From Patescibacteria group bacterium (GTDB lineage Bacteria > Patescibacteriota > Patescibacteriia > SG8-24): DNA of 64,000 nucleotides. Positions within the stretch are counted from its first letter, which is position 1. The number at the start of each line of letters is the position of its first letter. Under the pieces are notes generated by a model. That model saw only the letters and a program-made list of their open reading frames with translations. It was not told where the DNA came from and did no database searches. Below are positions 56,067 through 63,809 of the stretch, piece after piece. The translations under genes were made by a program, and so were the position numbers. The stretch covers positions 351 to 64,350 of the forward strand of contig JBAYFM010000009.1 of NCBI GenBank assembly GCA_041667185.1, written 5' to 3'.

Positions 56067-56636
56067 TCAGTGATCCAAGCCGGCGCGCGCCAGCACCCCG
56101 TTCGCGTGATAATGCTTGAGGCAGCGGACCTCGCTCACAAGATCAGCCAGCCGGATGATCGACGTCGGGCAACCGCGGCCGGTGAGCACCAGTTCGGTCG
56201 CGGCTAATTTGGCGGCCAGCAGTTCCAGTACGTCGCTTTCCCGCAACAATCCGAACGGCACGCAGGTCAGGGCTTCATCGAGAATAACCAGGTCGTATTT
56301 TTTACCAGCTAATAGCTCTTGTGCCAGTCGCAGACCGCGCTCAGCCTCGGCTACGTCCTCCGGCGTGACACCGAAACGGAACGTCTTGGCCGCCGGATCG
56401 AAACGCTTGAGTCCGGTGGCGAAAAGATCGATCTCGCCCGGGAAGCGCTCGGCGATGACCCGGCGCTCGGAATAATGATCGCCGCCCTTGTCGAAACTTA
56501 TCATAGCGACCCTGAAACCAGCGCCGACCGCGCGGACCGCGAGTCCGAGAGCAGCGGTCGTCTTGCCCTTGCCGTCGCCGGTATAGACCTGGATGAGGCC
56601 GCGACCGCGGCCAGATTTCTTGTCAGCTGTTTTCAT
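56067..56636 (-). CDS. ATP:cob(I)alamin (corrinoid) adenosyltransferase, CobA/BtuR/CobO family
   Basis: 189 aa. P-loop YTGDGKGKTTAALG, FDKG and VILDE motifs of the PF02572 family. Confidence 0.7.
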   Translation of the reverse strand: MKTADKKSGRGRGLIQVYTGDGKGKTTAALGLAVRAVGAGFRVAMISFDKGGDHYSERRVIAERFPGEIDLFATGLKRFDPAAKTFRFGVTPEDVAEAERGLRLAQELLAGKKYDLVILDEALTCVPFGLLRESDVLELLAAKLAATELVLTGRGCPTSIIRLADLVSEVRCLKHYHANGVLARAGLDH

Positions 56637-56778
56637 AAGATGACTGGCTTCAACGCAATTTTATCCGGATATTTTACCACAAAGAACCGTTAAAAAAGCC
56701 CGGCTTCCTTATCGGGAAAGCCGGACGAGACGAAGCGTTGAATTTTCGCGAAAGGACGGCTGATCGTTTCGGGCGAAC

Positions 56779-57492
56779 CTACAGCACCCGGCGCGACGCG
56801 GTGCCGCAGCCCGGACAGTTGCGGAAGAAAGCATGGTCCGCATCGAGCGTCGCTGTGACATCGCAATCGAGCAGAAGGATCGCTGTAAAATCGCGCTTGT
56901 CACTGCAGACCGACCCGGCCAGATCCACGCCATTTCGGCCCATCTCGTAGATGATCTCGACAAAGGCGTGTTGGAGATAGGCGCAGACGCCCTGAAGCGC
57001 CGTGAGGCCCAGCTCATCCTCCTGGAATGACTCGCGGCACTCGGAAACAAGACGGCCGCGATTCTGACGACCATCCCGGACGCGGATCCAGGTCGGATTC
57101 GCGAACTCGACGTAACGCGCGTCGAAAGCGGCACAAGTCGCATCGCTGCCGCTGAACACGACGCCCGCGCGATCGCAGAGCTTCCGCAGGCCGAGACGCG
57201 GCTCGACCAGGACGATCCACGGGAAGTCCTTGTCTACCTTGAGAAGAGCCGGCGGAATATCGGGAATGCTGGCGAGGTAAGCCTCGAAGTCGCGATAGCC
57301 GAGCTCGCGCCCGACGCCGCGGTCCCAAAACCGCTTGACCTGGATCCGGCGCAAGCCGCCGGACTGGTCCGCGACGCCGCCGGAAGTGAGCCGGCGGATG
57401 AACTCCTGGACCTCGTTGCCGATCCCGTGCCCGGCGTTGTCGATCTCGATGAGCTGTCGGATCTGCCCTGTGGAAAGGTGCTGCTGTGCCAT
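56779..57492 (-). CDS. Hypothetical Cys-rich protein (possible GNAT-like motif; C-terminal CPGCG)
   Basis: ATG at 57492 with SD ggaggt gives MAQQHLSTGQ. 237 aa. VKRFWDRGVGRELG resembles GNAT motif A. Nine Cys, including a C-terminal NCPGCG. Sits between the cobA-like and nrdJ genes. Confidence 0.35.
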   Translation of the reverse strand: MAQQHLSTGQIRQLIEIDNAGHGIGNEVQEFIRRLTSGGVADQSGGLRRIQVKRFWDRGVGRELGYRDFEAYLASIPDIPPALLKVDKDFPWIVLVEPRLGLRKLCDRAGVVFSGSDATCAAFDARYVEFANPTWIRVRDGRQNRGRLVSECRESFQEDELGLTALQGVCAYLQHAFVEIIYEMGRNGVDLAGSVCSDKRDFTAILLLDCDVTATLDADHAFFRNCPGCGTASRRVL

Positions 57493-57750
57493 GTCTGACC
57501 TCCATCCTCGGTACGCTGGCGCGGCATCGAGCCTGGCTCGACAACGCCCCAGTCTCCCTGCGGACAGTCTGCGGAATCCGCCGCAGGCGGCGCGTTCAGA
57601 ACCGGCGGAACCACCCGTCTGATCCGAACGACACCATAAATTGACACCGAACCCGGCTGTTGTCAATGCGCGCGCTCGGCGCGTCTATACAAAACCGCCG
57701 AGCTGGGCTCGACGGTTTTGTATAATCAGAGTTGCTGGACGACAATCTCT

Positions 57751-58167
57751 TTACAGCATCCGCTGAGAGTTGAGACTCAGCATCCGCTGAGAGTTGAGAC
57801 TCAGCATCCGCTGAGAGTTGAGACTCAAACCACTGGTGGTGAAACGATTCTGGATAGCCAGACCACTGGTGGTGAAACGATTCTGGATAGCCAGACCACT
57901 GGTGGTGAAACGATTCTGGATAGCCAGACCACTGGTGGTGAAACGATTCTGGATAGCCAGGATGCTGTTGTTGAAGCGGTTCTGGATAGCACCGCTCAGC
58001 ATCCGCTGGGAGTTGAGGGTCAAGTGACCACAGCAAAAGCGATTCTGAATGCTCAGAAAACCGCCACCGAAGCGATTCTGAACAGCACCCAAAATGACGA
58101 GCGAACCGACGATCACGCCGGCGACCACCATCGCTCCCAAGATCCTTTTATTCATAGTTATATGCAT
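57751..58167 (-). CDS. Hypothetical signal-anchored repeat protein (AIQNRFTTSGL x4, SLNSQRML x3)
   Basis: 138 aa (alternative ATG at 58155). N-terminal KR-rich anchor helix MNKRILGAMVVAGVIVGSLVILG. The rest is 11-aa and 8-aa tandem repeats encoded by the perfect DNA repeats. AT-rich upstream region. Confidence 0.45.
   Translation of the reverse strand: MHITMNKRILGAMVVAGVIVGSLVILGAVQNRFGGGFLSIQNRFCCGHLTLNSQRMLSGAIQNRFNNSILAIQNRFTTSGLAIQNRFTTSGLAIQNRFTTSGLAIQNRFTTSGLSLNSQRMLSLNSQRMLSLNSQRML
57757..57960. repeat. Perfect in-frame tandem DNA repeats: 3 x 24 bp (catccgctgagagttgagactcag) followed by 4 x 33 bp (accactggtggtgaaacgattctggatagccag)
   Basis: Exact unit copies at 57757/57781/57805 and at 57829/57862/57895/57928. 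Located inside the CDS 57751..58167. Confidence 0.85.
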
Positions 58168-58343
58168 TCATTAAAACCTGATGAATTAGAGCCTAATTAT
58201 CCATAATTACATCTCGTTCTTAAAAAAGAATAAAAAAATAATCCAACGTAATCATACCCCTTTTTTACCAGGGCGTCTACAAATCCAAACAGGCCGCTTT
58301 TCCCGGCTAATTCTTGAACCAAACTAATGCAAAGAAAAACTTT

Positions 58344-58371
58344 AAAAACGGCGCCATCAGGCGCCGTTTTA
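58344..58371. terminator. Bidirectional intrinsic terminator 3' of nrdJ
   Basis: aaaaa-cggcgccatcaggcgccg-tttt. Confidence 0.55.
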
Positions 58372-58377
58372 TCTTCC

Positions 58378-58432
58378 TGACTCCGCCGCGTCGTTCGTGA
58401 ACGACGCGACTCCGTCTCTCCCTCACTCCTCA
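58378..58432. repeat. Octamer-repeat family fragment R10 (palindrome gactccgccgcgtcgttcgtgaacgacgcgactccgtctctccctcactcc)
   Basis: A variant of the R1/R9 42-nt palindrome. A related cgtcgttcgcgaacgacg palindrome occurs at 9390-9407. Confidence 0.6.
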
Positions 58433-61400
58433 AGAACACCCGCTCGTCGAGCCGCAATTCAGGCACTTGTAGCAAGCGCCGTTCCGCACCATCATCGCCC
58501 CGCAAGTGAAGCAAGCCGGCGCGTCGGAATGATTGTCGAATCCGGCTGTGAGCGCGTCAGAACTGTCGGCCAGCTCCGGATCCCGCCGCTCGCGAGCGGC
58601 CGGTTGGATATCAGACAGATTCAGTTGCTCCGGCGGCGGCACGGCGGCCGCCTGGGCGGCGGCGGAATCAGCGGCGGCTTCGGCAGCCGAGGAAGCGCGC
58701 ACGTCGGACTCCCCCGCCTCGTGGATGGTCTGGACGTCGAGATGCACCCCGGCGGCGATCTGATCTTCAAGCGGCAGGAACTTCATGGCCAGCCAGCGGA
58801 ACATGTAATCAACGAGCGACTTCGCGATGCGGATGTGGGGATTGGTCGTGAAACCCGACGGCTCGAACCGGACATGGATGAACTTGTTGACCATCACCCG
58901 CAGCGGCACGCCGTACTGGAGCGCGATCGAGGTCGAGAGCGCTAGTGCATCCATGAGGCCAGAGATCACCGAACCACCCTTGGCCATACGCAAGAAAATC
59001 TCGCCCGGCGTGCCGTCGTCATAGAGGCCGACGGTGATGTAACCCTCGTGCCCGGCGACCGAGAACTTGTGCGTGATGGACTTGCGTTCGTCCGGCAAGC
59101 GGCGGCGCAGCGGCAAATGGCCGCCCCGGCCCGCTTCGGGCGAAACGATGGGCGCAACCGGCGCTGCGGCCGACGCCATAACCGGCGCTTCGCGGCGTTC
59201 GGCTGGCTTAGCCGCCGCCTCTTCCTTCTTCTCTTCTTTGCCGGACGAAGTGGTCAGCACTTGCTGGCCCTTCGAACCGTCGCGATAAACGGCGATGGAC
59301 TTGAGGCCGATCTTCCAGGCCTCGATGAACACCTTCTCGATGTCCTCCGGAGTCGCTTCAGCCGGCATGTTGACGGTCTTCGAAATCGCGCCCGACAGGA
59401 ACGGCTGGACCGCGGCCATCATCTTGATGTGGCCTTCGTAGCTGATGAAGCGCTTACCCTTGGCCGGCTTGAACGCGCAATCAAAGACGCGGCAGTGCTC
59501 TTCCTTCAATCCCGGAGCGCCCTCGATGGTGTCGTTCTTGTCGAGATGATCGAGGATGGCGGCGCGCTCGGCGTCGGAATAACCGAGCCGGGTCAGCGCC
59601 TCGGGCACGGTCTGGTTGACGATCTTCATGAGACCGCCGCCCACCAGCCACTTGTATTTGACGAGCGCGATATCCGGTTCGATGCCGGTCGTGTCGCAAT
59701 CCATCATGAAGCCGATGGTGCCGGTGGGCGCCAAGAGCGAGACCTGGGCGTTGCGGTAGCCGTGGCCGAGCCCGTGCTCCAAAGCGTTATCCCAGGCGTG
59801 GCGCGACTCGACGACGAGTTCGTCAGGCACGCCGGCGTCAGCGGAGGCATACGCGCGATCGCGATGCATCCCGATGACCTTAAGGAAGGGTTTTTCGTTG
59901 AACCGGAAGAACGCGAATGGCCCCTGAGCCTCGGCGAGCCGGGCCGACTGATAGTAGGCCTGGCCGGTCATGAGCGAGGTCACGGCGGCGGCGTAATTGC
60001 GGCCCTCGTCGGAATCGTAAGCCAGGCCGCGCGACATCAGGAGGGCGCCGAGATTGGCGTAGCCGATGCCGAGCGCCCGGAAATCCGTGCTCTTCTGTTC
60101 GATGGCCGGCGTCGGATAACCGGCGTTGTCAACGATGATCTCCTGCGCGGTGATGATGAGCGCCACGGCGTGTTTGACGGCCTCGGCATCGAGCTCGCCG
60201 TCCGGCCGGCGGAACTTCATGAGATTCAGCGAAGCCAGGTTGCAGGAGCTGTCATCGAGGAACATGTACTCGGAACAGGGATTGGAACCGTTGATGCGGC
60301 CGGAATTGGCCACCGGATTCCAGCGGTTCACGGTCGTGTCGTACTGGAGTCCCGGATCGCCGCACTCCCAGGCCGCTTTGGCCATCTTGCCCAAGAGCTC
60401 GCGAGCCTTGAGCGTCTCGACCGTATCGCCCGTGGTCACGGCCTTGGTCTGCCACTCCCCATCCTCGACGCACGCGTGCATGAAATCATCCGTGACGCGC
60501 ACGCTGTTATTGGCGTTCTGGAAGAAGACCGAAGCATAGGCGTCGCCGTCGATGGAACCGTCATAGCCGGCGCCGATCAGCGCCTTGGCTTTGCGTTCTT
60601 CGCGGGTCTTGCAGGTGATGAAATCCTCGATGTCCGGATGGTCGACGTTCAGGATGACCATCTTAGCCGCGCGGCGGGTCTTGCCGCCGGATTTGATGAC
60701 CCCGGCGAAAGCGTCGTAGCCCTTCATGAACGAGACCGGACCCGAGGCTTTGCCGTTCGAATGGGCCAACATCTCCTTCGACGAACGCAGGGCTGACAGG
60801 TTGGTGCCGGTGCCGGAGCCATACTTGAAGAGCATGCCCTCGGTGACGGTCAGGTTCAGGATGGAGCGCATGTCGTCGCGGACCGAATTAATGAAGCAGG
60901 CCGAGCACTGCGGCTTCGGACCGGCGCCGACGTTGAACCAGACCGGGCTGTTGAAAGCGGCGGCCTGATTGACGAGAAGATGCGTGAGTTCGGCGTCGAA
61001 CGTTTCGGCGTCGGCCTCGGTGGCGAAGTAGCCGCCGGTCACGCCCCACTCGGTGATGGTTTTCACGACGCGATCGACGAGCTGCCGCACCGACCACTCG
61101 CGATCGGCGCCGCCGATCTTGCCGCGGAAATATTTCGAAGCGACGATGTTGGTCGCGCCCTGGCTCCAGGAAGCCGGCACTTCGACGCCGCGCTGCTCGA
61201 AAACCGAAACACCCTTGTCATTCTTGATGATAGCGTCGCGCTGTTCCCAGGCGATCTCGTCGTAGGGATGGGTGCCGAGGCGAGTGTAGCGGCGGCGGAA
61301 CCTGACGCCGAGGCCGGAACCGGCCGCGGTCTTGCTGACCGGCATCTCCGCCAGTAGAAAACGTTTAGCGGCATAGGCCAGGTTGTTGTCGATGAGAATG

Positions 61401-61720
61401 GTGGCAATGATCCGGTCGATGTCGACCGACCGCGGGATCTCGAGCGCGCCGAACTGGCGGTCGATCCGGGACACGGCCTGATGCGTGAGCTGTGCGAGCG
61501 ACGCTTCGTCGTTCACGCCCGACTCCTTCAGGACCGCGGCGAGCGCCGAACCGACGGCCGCCGGAGAGAAATCCAGCGTGCTGCCGTCCGGCAGGCGGAT
61601 CTTCTTCACGCGCGACAGTCCGGAGATCTGGGCGACGACGGCTTCGACGACGCGCTGGTTGTCCTTGGCCGGCGTTTTTTCCGGCAAATTTCCCGACCAG
61701 CCCGAGAGAGCATGTTCCAT
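58430..61720 (-). CDS. nrdJ: Ribonucleoside-diphosphate/triphosphate reductase, adenosylcobalamin-dependent (class II)
   Basis: 1096 aa. Class II RNR active-site region NPCSEYMFLDDSSCNLASLNL with catalytic Cys and Glu. Large insertions. C-terminal Cys-rich tail CFTCGAMMVRNGACYKCLNCGSTSGCS. Confidence 0.8.
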   Translation of the reverse strand: MEHALSGWSGNLPEKTPAKDNQRVVEAVVAQISGLSRVKKIRLPDGSTLDFSPAAVGSALAAVLKESGVNDEASLAQLTHQAVSRIDRQFGALEIPRSVDIDRIIATILIDNNLAYAAKRFLLAEMPVSKTAAGSGLGVRFRRRYTRLGTHPYDEIAWEQRDAIIKNDKGVSVFEQRGVEVPASWSQGATNIVASKYFRGKIGGADREWSVRQLVDRVVKTITEWGVTGGYFATEADAETFDAELTHLLVNQAAAFNSPVWFNVGAGPKPQCSACFINSVRDDMRSILNLTVTEGMLFKYGSGTGTNLSALRSSKEMLAHSNGKASGPVSFMKGYDAFAGVIKSGGKTRRAAKMVILNVDHPDIEDFITCKTREERKAKALIGAGYDGSIDGDAYASVFFQNANNSVRVTDDFMHACVEDGEWQTKAVTTGDTVETLKARELLGKMAKAAWECGDPGLQYDTTVNRWNPVANSGRINGSNPCSEYMFLDDSSCNLASLNLMKFRRPDGELDAEAVKHAVALIITAQEIIVDNAGYPTPAIEQKSTDFRALGIGYANLGALLMSRGLAYDSDEGRNYAAAVTSLMTGQAYYQSARLAEAQGPFAFFRFNEKPFLKVIGMHRDRAYASADAGVPDELVVESRHAWDNALEHGLGHGYRNAQVSLLAPTGTIGFMMDCDTTGIEPDIALVKYKWLVGGGLMKIVNQTVPEALTRLGYSDAERAAILDHLDKNDTIEGAPGLKEEHCRVFDCAFKPAKGKRFISYEGHIKMMAAVQPFLSGAISKTVNMPAEATPEDIEKVFIEAWKIGLKSIAVYRDGSKGQQVLTTSSGKEEKKEEAAAKPAERREAPVMASAAAPVAPIVSPEAGRGGHLPLRRRLPDERKSITHKFSVAGHEGYITVGLYDDGTPGEIFLRMAKGGSVISGLMDALALSTSIALQYGVPLRVMVNKFIHVRFEPSGFTTNPHIRIAKSLVDYMFRWLAMKFLPLEDQIAAGVHLDVQTIHEAGESDVRASSAAEAAADSAAAQAAAVPPPEQLNLSDIQPAARERRDPELADSSDALTAGFDNHSDAPACFTCGAMMVRNGACYKCLNCGSTSGCS

Positions 61721-61886
61721 AGTTTCTGGTGAATTCCAAGTTTAAGGATTACGGCATTTTAACCGAGTATGCGAGACACCGCAAATCCCGCCGTCGGGAC
61801 GCCGATGCTGGTCGGAATAACTGTCAAGTCGCATTTTTCGCCGGTAAAAAAATGTCAACGAAAACTCACCGAACTGAAATCCGGAG

Positions 61887-62079
61887 TCTGATATTCCAAC
61901 CGCTTTCATTCGCTGCAGCCCACCAACCTGCGCTAAAGCTGCGGATGGCGATAGCTGGGCAGATATCTAGAGCCGCTGACATGTCTGACCGCAATGCCCT
62001 CCGAAGTCTGTGGGACGGCGGATCTTAATATCCCGAGTTGACGCTCGGGATAGAATCAAAGTGGCGAAAAAAAAATCGA
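61887..62079. repeat. Structured intergenic element family 2, copy C (hairpin atcccgagttgacgctcgggat plus gtggcgaaaaaaaaa)
   Basis: The 5' block tctgatattccaaccgctttcattcgctgcagcc and the 3' block match copy A. Followed by the minus-strand terminator atcgacccgcttctcgggtcgat plus T9 (62067-62097). Confidence 0.55.
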
Positions 62080-62124
62080 CCCGAGAAGCGGGTCGATACT
62101 GGCATAGCGTTCCTCGTCCGGCGC

Positions 62125-62592
62125 TCAGGGCGACCAGACATCGACGCCTTCGGGCAGGTCCTCGCGACAACAAACGAGACGGACTTCCTTAAGGCACTCC
62201 TGATAAACGGAACTGCCATCACCGTCGAAATACTGCGGATGCGCGATGGCACCAGCGCAATCCTTGGTGTCCCGATAAACGAAGGTCACTTGCGGATCGC
62301 AGCTATTCTTAACGATCTGGACCAAGGCCTTTTCTTCCGGCACTGCGGTCATCAAGGTCGCTTCGTCGTCAGACTGGCGCCAAACGAATTGCAGGGCGGT
62401 CCGGAAAGATCCATCCGACTGAAGATCATGGATCATGACGAAGACCGGCCGATACGGGTTGTCGGAGTCGCCGATAGGCACCCTGACAAGCTGGTAAGGC
62501 CCGACTTCGACGGCGTCCGGCTCGCAACCGACAACGGACAATGACAACGCGATAACGACTGAGGATGCGAACAGACTTCTCACAGCTCTCAT
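62125..62592 (-). CDS. Hypothetical lipoprotein, 155 aa
   Basis: ATG at 62592 with a perfect SD aaggagg gives MRAVRSLFASSVVIALSLSVVGC (lipobox LSVVGC). Four more Cys downstream. Confidence 0.5.
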   Translation of the reverse strand: MRAVRSLFASSVVIALSLSVVGCEPDAVEVGPYQLVRVPIGDSDNPYRPVFVMIHDLQSDGSFRTALQFVWRQSDDEATLMTAVPEEKALVQIVKNSCDPQVTFVYRDTKDCAGAIAHPQYFDGDGSSVYQECLKEVRLVCCREDLPEGVDVWSP

Positions 62593-62689
62593 CAGGCACC
62601 TCCTTGCAGAAAGAACCTGCTTGTTCGGCCTCGCGCCGAACACGGGCATCTAACACCCGCATTAGCCAACGGTCAATCTCTGATTTAGG

Positions 62690-62770
62690 AGTATGGGAGA
62701 GTGCGGAAGTGCTGGAGTACTGGAGTGCTGGAGTCAGGGAGAGACGAAGATAAGGAATGCTGGATTCCCG
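62690..62770. repeat. Octamer-array repeat, copy R11 (forward arm)
   Basis: ggagtatgggagagtgcggaagtgctggagtactggagtgctggagtcagggagagacgaag ... ctggattcccgcctcc. Confidence 0.65.
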
Positions 62771-62894
62771 CCTCCCCCTCCGTCCAATGGACTGCAGGGG
62801 ACAGGTCGCGAGAATGACATCGGGGAGAGATATCGACGCATTGGTTGACCGAATAGTCTGACCTTTTAATCAAAAAACGCGGCCGCAGCCGCGT

Positions 62895-62965
62895 CACTCC
62901 ACAACTCCCGCACTCCTGCACTCTCCAGCTCTCCGTCCCTCCCTGACTCCCCAACTCCTCAAAAC
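62895..62965. repeat. Octamer-array repeat, copy R12 (inverted arm), separated from R11 by 125 nt that contain a terminator
   Basis: cactccacaactcccgcactcctgcactctccagctctccgtccctccctgactcc. The terminator hairpin gcggccgcagccgcg plus T-run lies on the minus strand at 62871-62895. Confidence 0.65.
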
Positions 62966-63534
62966 GGCATCGTCAGATTGATCGCCGTCTCCACCGGCGC
63001 GGGTTCGAAATTCACCGCGACCGGCATGAGCCGCCCAGCGCGGTCCTTGAACTTGATCGCTTTGTTCGCGAGGCCGTACTCATAGACCTCCTTGGTCACT
63101 TTGACGTCCTGCTGGCAGTACTCCCGCAGCTTCTCGAGTTCGCCGCGGCGGAAGAACTCGATCGCCTGCAGCCCGTTGCCGCTCTTGCCGACGCCGAGCG
63201 AACCGTGGGCCACGTCGTCGAGCTTGAGCCGGAAACCGAGGACCTTCTCGATCTCGAGCATGATGTCGAGCGTCGGGAACTTGGAGAGGTCGCCGGGATA
63301 ATAGGTGTTCAGTACGCGATAATCGAATCCGAAAAGGTTATAGCCGATGATGCGGTCGGCGGCTTCGAGATGACGCCAGAGTTTCGGCAGGTCCGCTTCG
63401 AAAAAAGCTTCGTAGGAATCGGTCGCATACGAATAGATCACGACGAGCGAAACCTTAAGCAGGGACGGGTCGTACTTGCCCACGTCCGCGAAACTATTGC
63501 TGGTCTCGATGTCGAGAACGATCTCGTTGCGCAT
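62959..63534 (-). CDS. DEDDy-type 3'-5' exonuclease (DnaQ/PolB-exonuclease-like, RNase H fold)
   Basis: 191 aa. Exo I LDIETS, Exo II IGYNLFGFDYRVL, Exo III YCQQDVKVTKEVY (Y-x3-D). Confidence 0.55.
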   Translation of the reverse strand: MRNEIVLDIETSNSFADVGKYDPSLLKVSLVVIYSYATDSYEAFFEADLPKLWRHLEAADRIIGYNLFGFDYRVLNTYYPGDLSKFPTLDIMLEIEKVLGFRLKLDDVAHGSLGVGKSGNGLQAIEFFRRGELEKLREYCQQDVKVTKEVYEYGLANKAIKFKDRAGRLMPVAVNFEPAPVETAINLTMPF

Positions 63535-63615
63535 ATATCATTCGTGGCGGAAGACAACTTAGCACGCGGCCGGTCAGGCCGCAAACCGCTGGTCAGAGGA
63601 GCTGGTCCGAAAACC

Positions 63616-63777
63616 GGACTTCAGCCGCTGCAGCCGCACTTGCACTCGCGGACGTCGTGCTCGCTATGGCCGCAACTGACGCAGAACTTTTCCAATTCCA
63701 CTTCGGCGGCACACCCGCAGATGCAGGTACCGTCGTCCTCGTGATCGTGTTCGCAAACCGGACAGTGAAGACCCATA
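63616..63777 (-). CDS. Small Cys/His-rich metal-binding-like protein, 53 aa
   Basis: Not in the ORF track. MGLHCPVCEHDHEDDGTCICGCAAEVELEKFCVSCGHSEHDVRECKCGCSG: 10 Cys and 5 His in CxxC/CxC arrangements. No obvious SD. Confidence 0.35.
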
Positions 63778-63809
63778 AAAGGCGTCGATCCGAAAATAAT
63801 AATTCGAAT

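Noticed and set aside
57493-57750. Cobalamin riboswitch in the leader of the Cys-rich gene near cobA/nrdJ
   Set aside because: No B12-box (GCCACTG) and none of the conserved AGGGAA/GGTGAAA-type elements were found. AdoCbl-dependent nrdJ is not normally riboswitch-regulated. The region instead contains a TTGACA...TGTCAA inverted repeat and a long palindrome.
656-61739. Long antisense or alternative-frame ORFs inside real genes (for example 656..1555, 856..1674, 5370..6722, 6900..8573, 9931..11457, 11567..13822, 14145..15371, 15242..17389, 20030..21130, 27929..28903, 40302..41816, 43122..43667, 51182..52105, 59048..60796, 61365..61739)
   Set aside because: Typical of high-GC DNA. They are Arg/Ala/Gly/Pro-rich low-complexity translations without homology signatures, and they fully overlap well-supported genes on the other strand or frame.
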